The notes under the pieces were generated by a model. That model did no database searches. It saw only the letters and a list, made by a program, of their open reading frames with translations, and was not told where the DNA came from. A stretch of 64,000 nucleotides of DNA, taken from Tenericutes bacterium ADurb.Bin239 (GTDB taxonomy: Bacteria; Bacillota_I; Bacilli_A; RFN20; CAG-826). Each line of letters opens with the position of its first letter. Within the stretch, counting starts at the first letter, position 1. Shown one piece after another: positions 10,266 through 18,734 of the stretch. The DNA is taken from positions 4,716 to 68,715 of the forward strand of contig MWCB01000002.1 of the NCBI GenBank assembly GCA_002069815.1, written 5' to 3'. Made by a program: the position numbers and the translations under genes.

Positions 10266-11260
10266 TATTTAAATATATCCAACTTCATTAATAATATTTT
10301 CATTTCTTTTACATTTAATCTTGTAGTATTGTGTGAATGATACGCATCCTTTATAAAATTTTGTTCAACGCCCTTTTCAATATATTTTTCATAGTTCAAA
10401 TTACGATTATCCGAAGGTATTTTATAAAAGTTTGGCAATTCAATAGCTTTCGCCATTTCCTCTTGTGTCACTAATACCTCGTAAAGTTTTTCACCATGCC
10501 TTGTTCCAATTAAAACGGGATTTTGCTTAACACTCTTTAATTCAAGTATTGCTCTTGCTAGAGTATCAATTGTGGCAGCGGGGGCTTTGTGCACGAATAA
10601 ATCTCCTTGTTTACCATGTTTAAAAGCATACAAAACAAGATCTACCGCATCATCAATTGTCATCATAAATCGTGTCATATTAGGATTAGTGATAGTAATA
10701 GGTTTTCCTGCTTTAATTTGATCGAGAAACAACGGTATTACAGAACCACGCGTTGCCATAACGTTACCATATCTTGTAAGGCATAAAATAGTATCAGTAG
10801 AACGAAGTTGTCTAGATCTAGCCACAACATTTTTTTCCATGAGAGCCTTACTCATTCCCATAGCATTAATTGGGTAGGCTGCTTTGTCAGTTGATAAGAA
10901 TATTGCCTTTTTAACACCATTTTTTACAGACGCAGTGATAACATTATCGCTTCCTAAGATGTTTGTTTTGACAGCTTCAAGCGGATAAAATTCACATGAG
11001 GGAACTTGTTTTAGTGCGGCAGCGTGAAAAACATAATCAACACCAATGAAAGCTCCTTCAATGGAGTTATAGTCACGAACATCACCAAGATAAAATTTTA
11101 GTTTGTTGTTATTGAATTTTTTTCTCATATCTTCCTGTTTTTTCTCATCGCGCGAAAGAATCCTAATTTCTTTAATGTCTGAGAGTAAGAAACGTTCAAC
11201 AACAGCATTTCCAAAAGAACCTGTTCCACCAGTTATTAAGAGTGTTTTATCTTTAAACAT
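10265..11260 (-). CDS. fnlA: UDP-GlcNAc 4,6-dehydratase/5-epimerase (FnlA/CapE type)
   Basis: LLITGGTGSFGNAV is the CapD/CapE-type extended-SDR motif and the protein is about 330 aa. Its start overlaps the fnlB stop. Confidence 0.8.
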   Translation of the reverse strand: MFKDKTLLITGGTGSFGNAVVERFLLSDIKEIRILSRDEKKQEDMRKKFNNNKLKFYLGDVRDYNSIEGAFIGVDYVFHAAALKQVPSCEFYPLEAVKTNILGSDNVITASVKNGVKKAIFLSTDKAAYPINAMGMSKALMEKNVVARSRQLRSTDTILCLTRYGNVMATRGSVIPLFLDQIKAGKPITITNPNMTRFMMTIDDAVDLVLYAFKHGKQGDLFVHKAPAATIDTLARAILELKSVKQNPVLIGTRHGEKLYEVLVTQEEMAKAIELPNFYKIPSDNRNLNYEKYIEKGVEQNFIKDAYHSHNTTRLNVKEMKILLMKLDIFK

Positions 11261-11479
11261 ATTATTTTTCCTTCCTTATTTTTCTAATGTAATGTTTATT
11301 TTACAAACAGAAATTATTTAAAACATATCAATATCATTTTAATTATACCTAAAACTGTGTAAATCTTCGTTAAATAATTAAAAATAAAAGATATTTAACT
11401 TTAATGGTTTAGAAACTGTTAAAAATTAACTATAATATTGATAGCGCATTATTTGTAACATTATGTAAGCGAGGTAATT

Positions 11480-12787
11480 ATGAATAAAAAAGTATATGTA
11501 GCAATTGGAGCAGACATTCTCCATCCAGGTCATATCAACATTATTAACGAAGGTGCAAAATACGGAAAAGTAATAATTGGTTTACTATCTGATGAGGCTA
11601 TAGCTTCTTACAAAAGACTACCAATTTATCCTTACGATTCTAGAAAAGCAGTTTTTGGCAGTCTTAAAAATGTTTATGAAATAGTAAGGCAAGACACCCT
11701 TGACTATACCGAAAATCTAAGAAAAATAAAACCTGATTATGTTGTACATGGTGATGATTGGCGCGAAGGTGTTCAACAATTAGTCAGAGAAAAAGTAATT
11801 GAAGTATTAAAAGAATGGGGCGGGGAACTTATTGAAGTTCCCTACACTCATGGTATTAGTGCCACTAGCGCTCATGCCCAAATCACTAGAGATTTGAGAG
11901 CACCAGATTATCGTCGCGGAACATTAAAACGAATGCTCCATTTAAAACCCTTTGTGTCAGTTATGGAAGCTTCTAATGGTCTATCTGGTCTTATTGTTGA
12001 AAATACAAGTGTTATTGATAAAGAAACGGGATTACCACGTTCTTTTGATGCAATGTGGATTTCTTCGCTTTGTGACTCAACCTTTAAAGGAAAACCAGAT
12101 ATTGAACTTGTGGACCTAACAAGTAGATTAGTCACTATCAACGAAATCATGGAAGTGACCACTAAACCGATTATTCTAGATGGCGACACAGGCGGTAAAG
12201 AGGAACACTTTGTGTTTAATGTTAGAACATTAGAAAGATTAGGAGTTTCCGCAATTATTATTGAAGACAAAACTGGTCTTAAAAAGAATTCACTATTTGG
12301 AACTGAAGTCGAACAAACTTTAGAAGATCCAGAGGTGTTTGCCCATAAGATTAGAGCCGGAAAACAAGCTTTAACCACTCGTGATTTTTTAATTTTTGCG
12401 CGTATTGAAAGTTTAATTGCCGGAAAAGACGTCGCGGATGCGATGATGCGCGCGAAAATTTACGTTGAAGCGGGAGCGGACGGAATTATGATTCACTCTA
12501 AAGATAAATCCGGAGAAGACATTTTTGAATTTATGCGACAATTCCGCAAATATAGTAAAGATATTCCAATTATTCTTGTCCCAACTTCTTACAATCAATT
12601 TACAGAAAAAGAATTAGCGGAAAAAGGAGCGAATATTATCATCCACGCTAATCATTTACTAAGAGCAGCCTACCCCGCAATGGTAAAGGCAGCCGAAACC
12701 ATCCTTGAAAATGGTCGCAGTAAAGAAGCGGATGAATTCTGTTTACCAATTAAAAAAGTATTAACACTTATTCCAGGTGGTAAATAA
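11480..12787 (+). CDS. pepM: bifunctional cytidylyltransferase (HxGH, TagD/Fom1-type) / phosphoenolpyruvate mutase PepM
   Basis: An N-terminal domain of about 110 aa carries [14 protein letters not shown], the HxGH cytidylyltransferase motif. The remainder is PepM-like ([13 protein letters not shown]...[10 protein letters not shown]). Confidence 0.85.
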   Translation: MNKKVYVAIGADILHPGHINIINEGAKYGKVIIGLLSDEAIASYKRLPIYPYDSRKAVFGSLKNVYEIVRQDTLDYTENLRKIKPDYVVHGDDWREGVQQLVREKVIEVLKEWGGELIEVPYTHGISATSAHAQITRDLRAPDYRRGTLKRMLHLKPFVSVMEASNGLSGLIVENTSVIDKETGLPRSFDAMWISSLCDSTFKGKPDIELVDLTSRLVTINEIMEVTTKPIILDGDTGGKEEHFVFNVRTLERLGVSAIIIEDKTGLKKNSLFGTEVEQTLEDPEVFAHKIRAGKQALTTRDFLIFARIESLIAGKDVADAMMRAKIYVEAGADGIMIHSKDKSGEDIFEFMRQFRKYSKDIPIILVPTSYNQFTEKELAEKGANIIIHANHLLRAAYPAMVKAAETILENGRSKEADEFCLPIKKVLTLIPGGK

Positions 12788-13907
12788 AATGATTGATACA
12801 AAAGCGTTCTATGATTATTTATCAAGTAAAGACATTGACACATTTTTTGGAGTACCCGATTCTTTGCTTAAAGATATTTGTGCATATATCACACAAAATG
12901 CACCAAGTGAAAAACATATTATTACCGCTAATGAAGGTAATGCTGTTGCCCTTGCTTGTGGGAATTATTTAGCAACAGGAAAAATAGCAATGGTTTACTT
13001 ACAAAATAGTGGCTTAGGTAATATTGTTAATCCGCTTATTTCTCTAGCAGACGAAGATGTTTACAATATTCCAGTATTATTTATGGTGGGGTGGAGAGGT
13101 GAACCAGGAACACATGATGAGCCCCAACATAAAAAACAAGGAAAAATTACACTGAGTACTCTTGAAACACTCGGAGTAAAAACATTTATACTTGAAGAAA
13201 ATTATAAGCCAATTGTTGATGAAGCAGTTAAGTATATGAAAAAAACACTTAAACCAGCGGCCATCGTTGTTCGAAAAGGAACATTTAGTAAAGTTAAATT
13301 AGAACTCCCACTAGACTCTTTTTCAATGTCACGGGAAGAGGCCTTAAAAGCAATGATGAAACACATTGATGATAAAAGTGTCATAGTGAGTACAACTGGA
13401 AAAACAAGTCGCGAAGTATTTGAAATAAGAGTTAAAAATAATGATTCACACGAAAGAGACTTCTTGACTGTTGGATCAATGGGCCACACCGCATCAATTG
13501 CGCTTGGTATTGCTTTAGCCAGCAAAAAGCGTGTATTTTGCATTGATGGTGATGGTTCTATGCTCATGCATTTAGGTGGGTTAGGGGTTGCAGCAGTTAA
13601 CGCTCCTAAAAACTTTAGATATATTGTTATTAATAATGGAGCGCATGAATCAGTGGGTGGGCAACCCACAGTAGCGTTCTCGCTAAACTTTAAAAAGATT
13701 TTGGAAGGTCTAGGCTTTAGTAAAGTTTATGAAGTTAAGACATTAGAAGACATTGAGAAAGATTTTCCAAAGTTTAAGCGTAAAAATAAAGCAGCTTTAG
13801 TAGTGTATGTTAATCAAGGAAGCCGTGATGATTTAGGGCGTCCAACAACGACTCCAGCCCAAAATAAAGAGTCATTAATGAAGTTTTTAAGGAGAAGCCG
13901 TAAATAA
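12777..13907 (+). CDS. ppd: phosphonopyruvate decarboxylase (ThDP-dependent)
   Basis: [11 protein letters not shown] is the ThDP-binding motif and the 376 aa length fits Ppd. The gene overlaps pepM by 11 nt, indicating translational coupling. Confidence 0.8.
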   Translation: MVNKMIDTKAFYDYLSSKDIDTFFGVPDSLLKDICAYITQNAPSEKHIITANEGNAVALACGNYLATGKIAMVYLQNSGLGNIVNPLISLADEDVYNIPVLFMVGWRGEPGTHDEPQHKKQGKITLSTLETLGVKTFILEENYKPIVDEAVKYMKKTLKPAAIVVRKGTFSKVKLELPLDSFSMSREEALKAMMKHIDDKSVIVSTTGKTSREVFEIRVKNNDSHERDFLTVGSMGHTASIALGIALASKKRVFCIDGDGSMLMHLGGLGVAAVNAPKNFRYIVINNGAHESVGGQPTVAFSLNFKKILEGLGFSKVYEVKTLEDIEKDFPKFKRKNKAALVVYVNQGSRDDLGRPTTTPAQNKESLMKFLRRSRK

Positions 13908-13908
13908 A

Positions 13909-15714
13909 ATGAAAGCATTCATATTTAATAGTGGTATAGGATCCCGCTTAGGCGACTTAACAAAAGACAAACCCAAAGCGCTGGTTGAATTAAAAAACGG
14001 AGAAACTATTTTAGGACGACAACTTCGTATCCTGCGAAGTGTAGGAATTAAGCATATTGTCATTTCGACAGGGTATAAAGCAGAAATGATTAAAGATTAT
14101 TGTAGAAAAGAGTTTCCAGAATTAGATTTTACTTTTGTGCATAATCCAAAGTTTGACACTACCAATAGTATTTACACAATGTTCTTAGCGGAAAATACAT
14201 TTCAAGATCATTTTCTTATAATGCATGGCGATCTAGTATTTGATGAAAAAATAGTTGAAAAACTTTTAGTAGAAAAACATCGTGATTTAGCATGCATCAA
14301 TACTAATATTCCAAAACCTCTTAAAGATTTTAAAGGAAGAGTTAGGAATGGTAAACTCCATCGGATTTCGGTTGATATTTTTGGGGAAAATGATTATGCT
14401 TTGCAACCGTTATATAAGTTGAGTTTTGCCGCGATTAGCCAATGGATGCTTCAAATCAAGGATTTAGTTCGCGCAAATGTTGTTAATGTTTATGCCGAAA
14501 ATGCTTTTAATAATGCATTACCACTTCTAGATGTACGCGTCGTTGATTATAAAGATAATTTTATTGAAGAAATTGATACATTAGATGATTATGATAGAGT
14601 AAGCGATGCTGTAAGATTATTTGATTACGCAAATCAAAAAGTTTATAACGGAGATTACTTAGTTAGATTGGATGAAGTATTTAAAAAACATGATTTTAAG
14701 AGACCATTTATTGTATATAACGCTGCTGCTTATAAAAGCCCAGAGTATCCTAAGTTTATTAAAAGATATGAAACAATAATGTTTGATGATTATTCTCCTA
14801 ATCCAAAGTATGAAGAAATAATGCCTGGAATTAAACTGTTTAAAGAAAATAAATGCGATGTTATTGTTGCTATTGGTGGTGGTTCAACGTTAGACGTAGC
14901 AAAAGCAATAAAGTTATTTTCTAAACTAAATCCAAACATTGATTTTTTAAAACAAACACCAGTGTATGTTAATACTCCGCTTATTGCTATTCCCACAACA
15001 GCAGGAACTGGTAGCGAAACAACGCGATACGCTGTAATCTACGCAAGTGGTGAAAAACAATCGTTAACACATGATTGTATTTTTCCAGATATCACGATAA
15101 TTGATCCTACTTTTCTTCGCGGCTTGCCTGAATATCACCGGAGATCATCATTGCTTGACGCACTTTGTCAAGCAATTGAAAGTTATTGGTCAAAAGGCGC
15201 AACCAAACAGACCCGTGAATTTAGTGCGAGAGCGATTCACTTATTTAGGTATACTTATAAACACTATTTAGAAGGTCATCCGTTTGTGGACGATAGAATT
15301 ATGAAAATTGCCTACTTAGCAGGTCAGGCAATTAACATTACCGCTACAACAGCACCACATGCAATGAGTTATAAACTGACCTCCTTAACTGGTATTGCCC
15401 ATGGTCACGCTGTTAGTGTTACACTTCCTTACACCTATAAATATATGTTTGACAATATGGAAGTGGAAAAAGATAAAAATTTGGCTCAAACATTTGCCAA
15501 TCTTGCGAAAATTTTTGAAACTGATGAAACAAAACTATTTGAATTATTAAGAACTATCTTTGATGAATTTGAATTGGAAAAACCAAAGGTTACCGAAAAA
15601 CAACTTATGGAATTGATTAATGATGTGAATACAGAAAGGTTGCAGAATAATCCCGTTTTTCTCGATAAAGAAGCAATTTCAGAAATATATAGGAGCTCAC
15701 TCACAGTAGTGTAA
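13909..15714 (+). CDS. fusion: LicC-like nucleotidyltransferase (N) + iron-containing alcohol dehydrogenase (C), putative phosphonoacetaldehyde reductase/phosphonate cytidylyltransferase
   Basis: The N-terminus MKAFIFNSGIGSRLGDLTKDKPKALVEL has the NTP_transferase G-x-G-x-R...K pattern seen in LicC. The C-terminal 340 aa carry GGGSTLDVAKAI and conserved His residues typical of Fe-ADHs. The start lies 2 nt after the ppd stop. Confidence 0.75.
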   Translation: MKAFIFNSGIGSRLGDLTKDKPKALVELKNGETILGRQLRILRSVGIKHIVISTGYKAEMIKDYCRKEFPELDFTFVHNPKFDTTNSIYTMFLAENTFQDHFLIMHGDLVFDEKIVEKLLVEKHRDLACINTNIPKPLKDFKGRVRNGKLHRISVDIFGENDYALQPLYKLSFAAISQWMLQIKDLVRANVVNVYAENAFNNALPLLDVRVVDYKDNFIEEIDTLDDYDRVSDAVRLFDYANQKVYNGDYLVRLDEVFKKHDFKRPFIVYNAAAYKSPEYPKFIKRYETIMFDDYSPNPKYEEIMPGIKLFKENKCDVIVAIGGGSTLDVAKAIKLFSKLNPNIDFLKQTPVYVNTPLIAIPTTAGTGSETTRYAVIYASGEKQSLTHDCIFPDITIIDPTFLRGLPEYHRRSSLLDALCQAIESYWSKGATKQTREFSARAIHLFRYTYKHYLEGHPFVDDRIMKIAYLAGQAINITATTAPHAMSYKLTSLTGIAHGHAVSVTLPYTYKYMFDNMEVEKDKNLAQTFANLAKIFETDETKLFELLRTIFDEFELEKPKVTEKQLMELINDVNTERLQNNPVFLDKEAISEIYRSSLTVV

Positions 15715-15773
15715 ATAGCAAAGAATGATAACGTATGTTAAAATGACAGCGCGATCTGTGGATTCAATGAATT

Positions 15774-16562
15774 ATGTATAGACCTATTAAAAGAACAATG
15801 GACTTTGTATTATCGCTACTAGCAATCATAATGCTGAGCCCTATTTTTGTTGTTATTTCCATTTTAGTAAGAATAAATCTTGGAGCCCCTGTTCTTTTTA
15901 AACAAAAGCGAGCGGGAAGATATAATAAAATATTTACCTTATACAAATTTAGATCAATGCGAACTGTATATGACGAAAACGGAGAATTGTTGCCTGATGA
16001 ACAAAGATTAACGAAGCTAGGTCTTTTTTTACGCAAAACAAGTCTTGATGAATTGCCCCAACTATTTAATATTTTGTTTGGTCATATGACAATAATAGGG
16101 CCACGCCCAAGAGTTATTTTTGAGACAATGTTAATGAAAGACACAAAATATGTGTACAGGATGGCCATTAAACCAGGATTGAGTAGTTGGTCGGTGATTC
16201 ATGGAAGAAACAATATGAGAATTGATCAAGCTTTGGCTTATGATTTTGAGCATGTGGTTAAATTTTCATTTTGGTTAGATTTAAAAATATTTTTTAAGAC
16301 GATAGGGATTGTTTTGAAAAGGACAGGTATTAACACCGATGGTTATGTGACCACTAAGCCTATCAGTGAATTTTTGATTGAAAATAATTTAAAGACACCT
16401 GCTGAAATTACAGAAATAAAAAAAGAGTCATTTGATGTTGAGGCATCAAATTTAAAATATATACCGATGAATATATCTAAAGAAGAATTTAAAGCAAAAC
16501 GTCGTGAAATCCAAAAAAATCGCAAATCATATACTCCTAGCAAAATTGTAACTTGGGATTAA
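15774..16562 (+). CDS. initiating phosphoglycosyltransferase (small Bac_transf / PglC-WbaP C-domain type sugar transferase)
   Basis: MDFVLSLLAIIMLSPIFVVISILVRINLGAPVLFKQKRAGRYNKIFTLYKFRSMR is the hallmark N-terminal hairpin plus the K-F-R-(S/T)-M motif of bacterial sugar transferases. Confidence 0.8.
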   Translation: MYRPIKRTMDFVLSLLAIIMLSPIFVVISILVRINLGAPVLFKQKRAGRYNKIFTLYKFRSMRTVYDENGELLPDEQRLTKLGLFLRKTSLDELPQLFNILFGHMTIIGPRPRVIFETMLMKDTKYVYRMAIKPGLSSWSVIHGRNNMRIDQALAYDFEHVVKFSFWLDLKIFFKTIGIVLKRTGINTDGYVTTKPISEFLIENNLKTPAEITEIKKESFDVEASNLKYIPMNISKEEFKAKRREIQKNRKSYTPSKIVTWD

Positions 16563-16676
16563 ATGATGTATTTAAATTTTATTTTTATAAAAAATAAAGA
16601 AAACGCTAATGCTTATAGTATTCTTTTACTTTATAGTATAATGGTTGTGAATCCAAATTTTTAAGGAGGATTTCTT

Positions 16677-17216
16677 ATGGCAGAAAAATTAAGAGACTAC
16701 TTCGTAATCTTAGTGCTAGATGATATTACTTCACTTAAAGTAAGAACTTTAAAATTAACCGACAAAGATTTTAAAGTACCATATCGCAATTTCTATCCAC
16801 ATATTAACCTAGGCCGTTTTTTAGAAGCCGAAAAAAGCGTCGTGGTTAAAGCAATGAAGAAAGTATCAAAATTATTAAATTCTTTTGAAATAGATATTAA
16901 CAATGTTGAAATGTTAACTGAATACCTTATGGTTTTAACTTTCGCTGATAACGAAAAATTAAAATTTGTCCATCGCAAACTACATGATTTAGTGCCATAT
17001 AAATCCGACGAGTGGACTAATCCTGACTCAGGAAAATATGTCCCACATATTTCAATTTATTACAATCCAGGCGAAGATGTGCGTGAGATGCATAAACACT
17101 ACTTAAATATTTTCAAGCCTTTCAAGGGTAGAGTTGTCGCTATTGAACTTAGTGAATATGATGGCCAAAGCTTCCGTGTATCTCATCGATACGAATTGAA
17201 AAAGAGATTATTTTAA
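16677..17216 (+). CDS. hypothetical protein, possible 2H phosphoesterase (LigT-like) superfamily
   Basis: Two H-x-(S/T/N)-x patterns, HINL and HISI, are separated by about 85 aa. That resembles the 2H-fold spacing, although the first motif is non-canonical. Confidence 0.3.
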   Translation: MAEKLRDYFVILVLDDITSLKVRTLKLTDKDFKVPYRNFYPHINLGRFLEAEKSVVVKAMKKVSKLLNSFEIDINNVEMLTEYLMVLTFADNEKLKFVHRKLHDLVPYKSDEWTNPDSGKYVPHISIYYNPGEDVREMHKHYLNIFKPFKGRVVAIELSEYDGQSFRVSHRYELKKRLF

Positions 17217-17566
17217 TGATTAGTGATGATGTCATTAAAAAAGTAATAAAATTTCGAGATGACCGCGACTGGCGGCAATTTCATAATGGCAAAGATTTAG
17301 CAATTTCCCTTAATCTCGAAGCAAGTGAACTTCTAGAAATTTTTCAATGGTCGGGCGCTGATTTATCAGTTCCTGAGAAAATTGAAGCGATGAAAGAAGA
17401 ACTCGCTGACATCATGATGTACACTATTCTTTTTGCGGATAGATACAATATTGATCTAAATGAAGCCCTAGAAAAGAAGTTAGAAAAGAATAACAATAAG
17501 TATCCTGTAAGCGCTGCTAAGGGCAAAAAAGATAAATATACTGAACTTAAAGATGTCAAAAAATAA
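17216..17566 (+). CDS. MazG-like nucleotide pyrophosphohydrolase (YpjD-like, all-alpha NTP-PPase)
   Basis: EASELLEIFQW and EELADIMMY match the paired EExxE/D motifs of MazG domains. The protein is 116 aa and its start overlaps the previous stop (TAATG). Confidence 0.6.
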   Translation: MISDDVIKKVIKFRDDRDWRQFHNGKDLAISLNLEASELLEIFQWSGADLSVPEKIEAMKEELADIMMYTILFADRYNIDLNEALEKKLEKNNNKYPVSAAKGKKDKYTELKDVKK

Positions 17567-17792
17567 AACACTTTTTAAAATATTAGCAATCTTACTTCTC
17601 ATCATAGGCATCGTTTTAATTGTGTTTGGTTTTATTGATATTGTTAAAGTGACTACATTTAACAAAAATCTATTACCAGGCGAAGAACCAAGAGCGGCAA
17701 ACTTACTTTATCCCTTATTAGCAACCCCCTGTATGTTTGGCGGTGTGTTTCTCTTCGCGTTAGGTTTTGGAAAGAGTAAACAGCATGTCTAA
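17553..17792 (+). CDS. small membrane protein (two TM helices)
   Basis: A 79-aa ORF with two hydrophobic helices whose ends overlap both neighbouring genes. It has no homology anchor. Confidence 0.35.
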   Translation: MSKNKTLFKILAILLLIIGIVLIVFGFIDIVKVTTFNKNLLPGEEPRAANLLYPLLATPCMFGGVFLFALGFGKSKQHV

Positions 17793-18690
17793 ACCGCATA
17801 AAAGAAAACAAGCAAAATCTAAAATATATAGAGTAAGTGAAAATAGCGAACTTCTTACGTTTCTTTTAACAATTCCTGGATATTCGCGAAATAATATTAA
17901 AAGTTTACTTTCTCGTAAACAAGTTTTAGTCAACGATGTTCCTATTAGTCAATTTAATTTTGGTGTTTATAAAGGCGATGAAATCAAGATTACACCCTAC
18001 ATGAATAAAAAGATGACCGCGACTAAAGGAAGTCGCTTAAAAGTAATATATGAAGATGATGAAATAATCGTTATTGATAAACCAAGTGGCTTACTTACAA
18101 TTGCCAGTGATAAAGAAAAAAGACATACGGCTTATCGTCTTGTTAATGAACATGTTCAATCAAGTAATAAGAATGCTAGAGTCTTTATTGTTCATCGCTT
18201 AGACCAAGATACCAGTGGGGTAGTAATGTTTGCTAAAAGTCATGAATTAGCAAACGCTTTTCAACAAGATTGGAATAATATCGTGGCAAAACGCGGCTAT
18301 TATGCCATTATTAAAGGATCACCCGCCGAAGAAAAAGGGATAATTAAATCGTTCTTGTACAAATCAAAATCAAATGAAATGTATAGTGGTCATCGAACTA
18401 AAACAGGCAAATTTGCAGAAACCCATTACAAAGTAATTAAAAAAGGTGAAACATACTCTTTAGTGGACATCAATATATTAACTGGTCGCAAAAATCAAAT
18501 TAGAGTTCACTTAAAAGATTTAGGATTTCCGCTTGTAGGTGATAACAAATATGGTGGCGAAAAATCGCCAATTCAAAGACTCTGTCTCCATGCCTACGAA
18601 CTTAATGTAATGCACCCGTTCACGAAAAAAATACTTGTCTTTAAAGCAAAAACACCAAAAGAATTCGAAATATTATTAAAAAGCGTGTAA
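17767..18690 (+). CDS. RluA-family 23S rRNA pseudouridine synthase with N-terminal S4 domain
   Basis: HRLDQDTSGVVMFAKS is the RluA catalytic-Asp motif. S4-like residues precede it. The start could instead be 17785. Confidence 0.8.
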   Translation: MERVNSMSKPHKRKQAKSKIYRVSENSELLTFLLTIPGYSRNNIKSLLSRKQVLVNDVPISQFNFGVYKGDEIKITPYMNKKMTATKGSRLKVIYEDDEIIVIDKPSGLLTIASDKEKRHTAYRLVNEHVQSSNKNARVFIVHRLDQDTSGVVMFAKSHELANAFQQDWNNIVAKRGYYAIIKGSPAEEKGIIKSFLYKSKSNEMYSGHRTKTGKFAETHYKVIKKGETYSLVDINILTGRKNQIRVHLKDLGFPLVGDNKYGGEKSPIQRLCLHAYELNVMHPFTKKILVFKAKTPKEFEILLKSV

Positions 18691-18734
18691 AATAACATAG
18701 AATGTTATAATGATTAAGCGGGCGAGGTATTTGT

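Noticed and set aside
11908-12378. 156-aa minus-strand ORF inside pepM, plus similar ORFs at 13202-13669 (ppd), 14790-14996 and 15486-15704 (NTase-ADH)
   Set aside because: These are antisense shadows of strongly motif-supported genes with no independent evidence.
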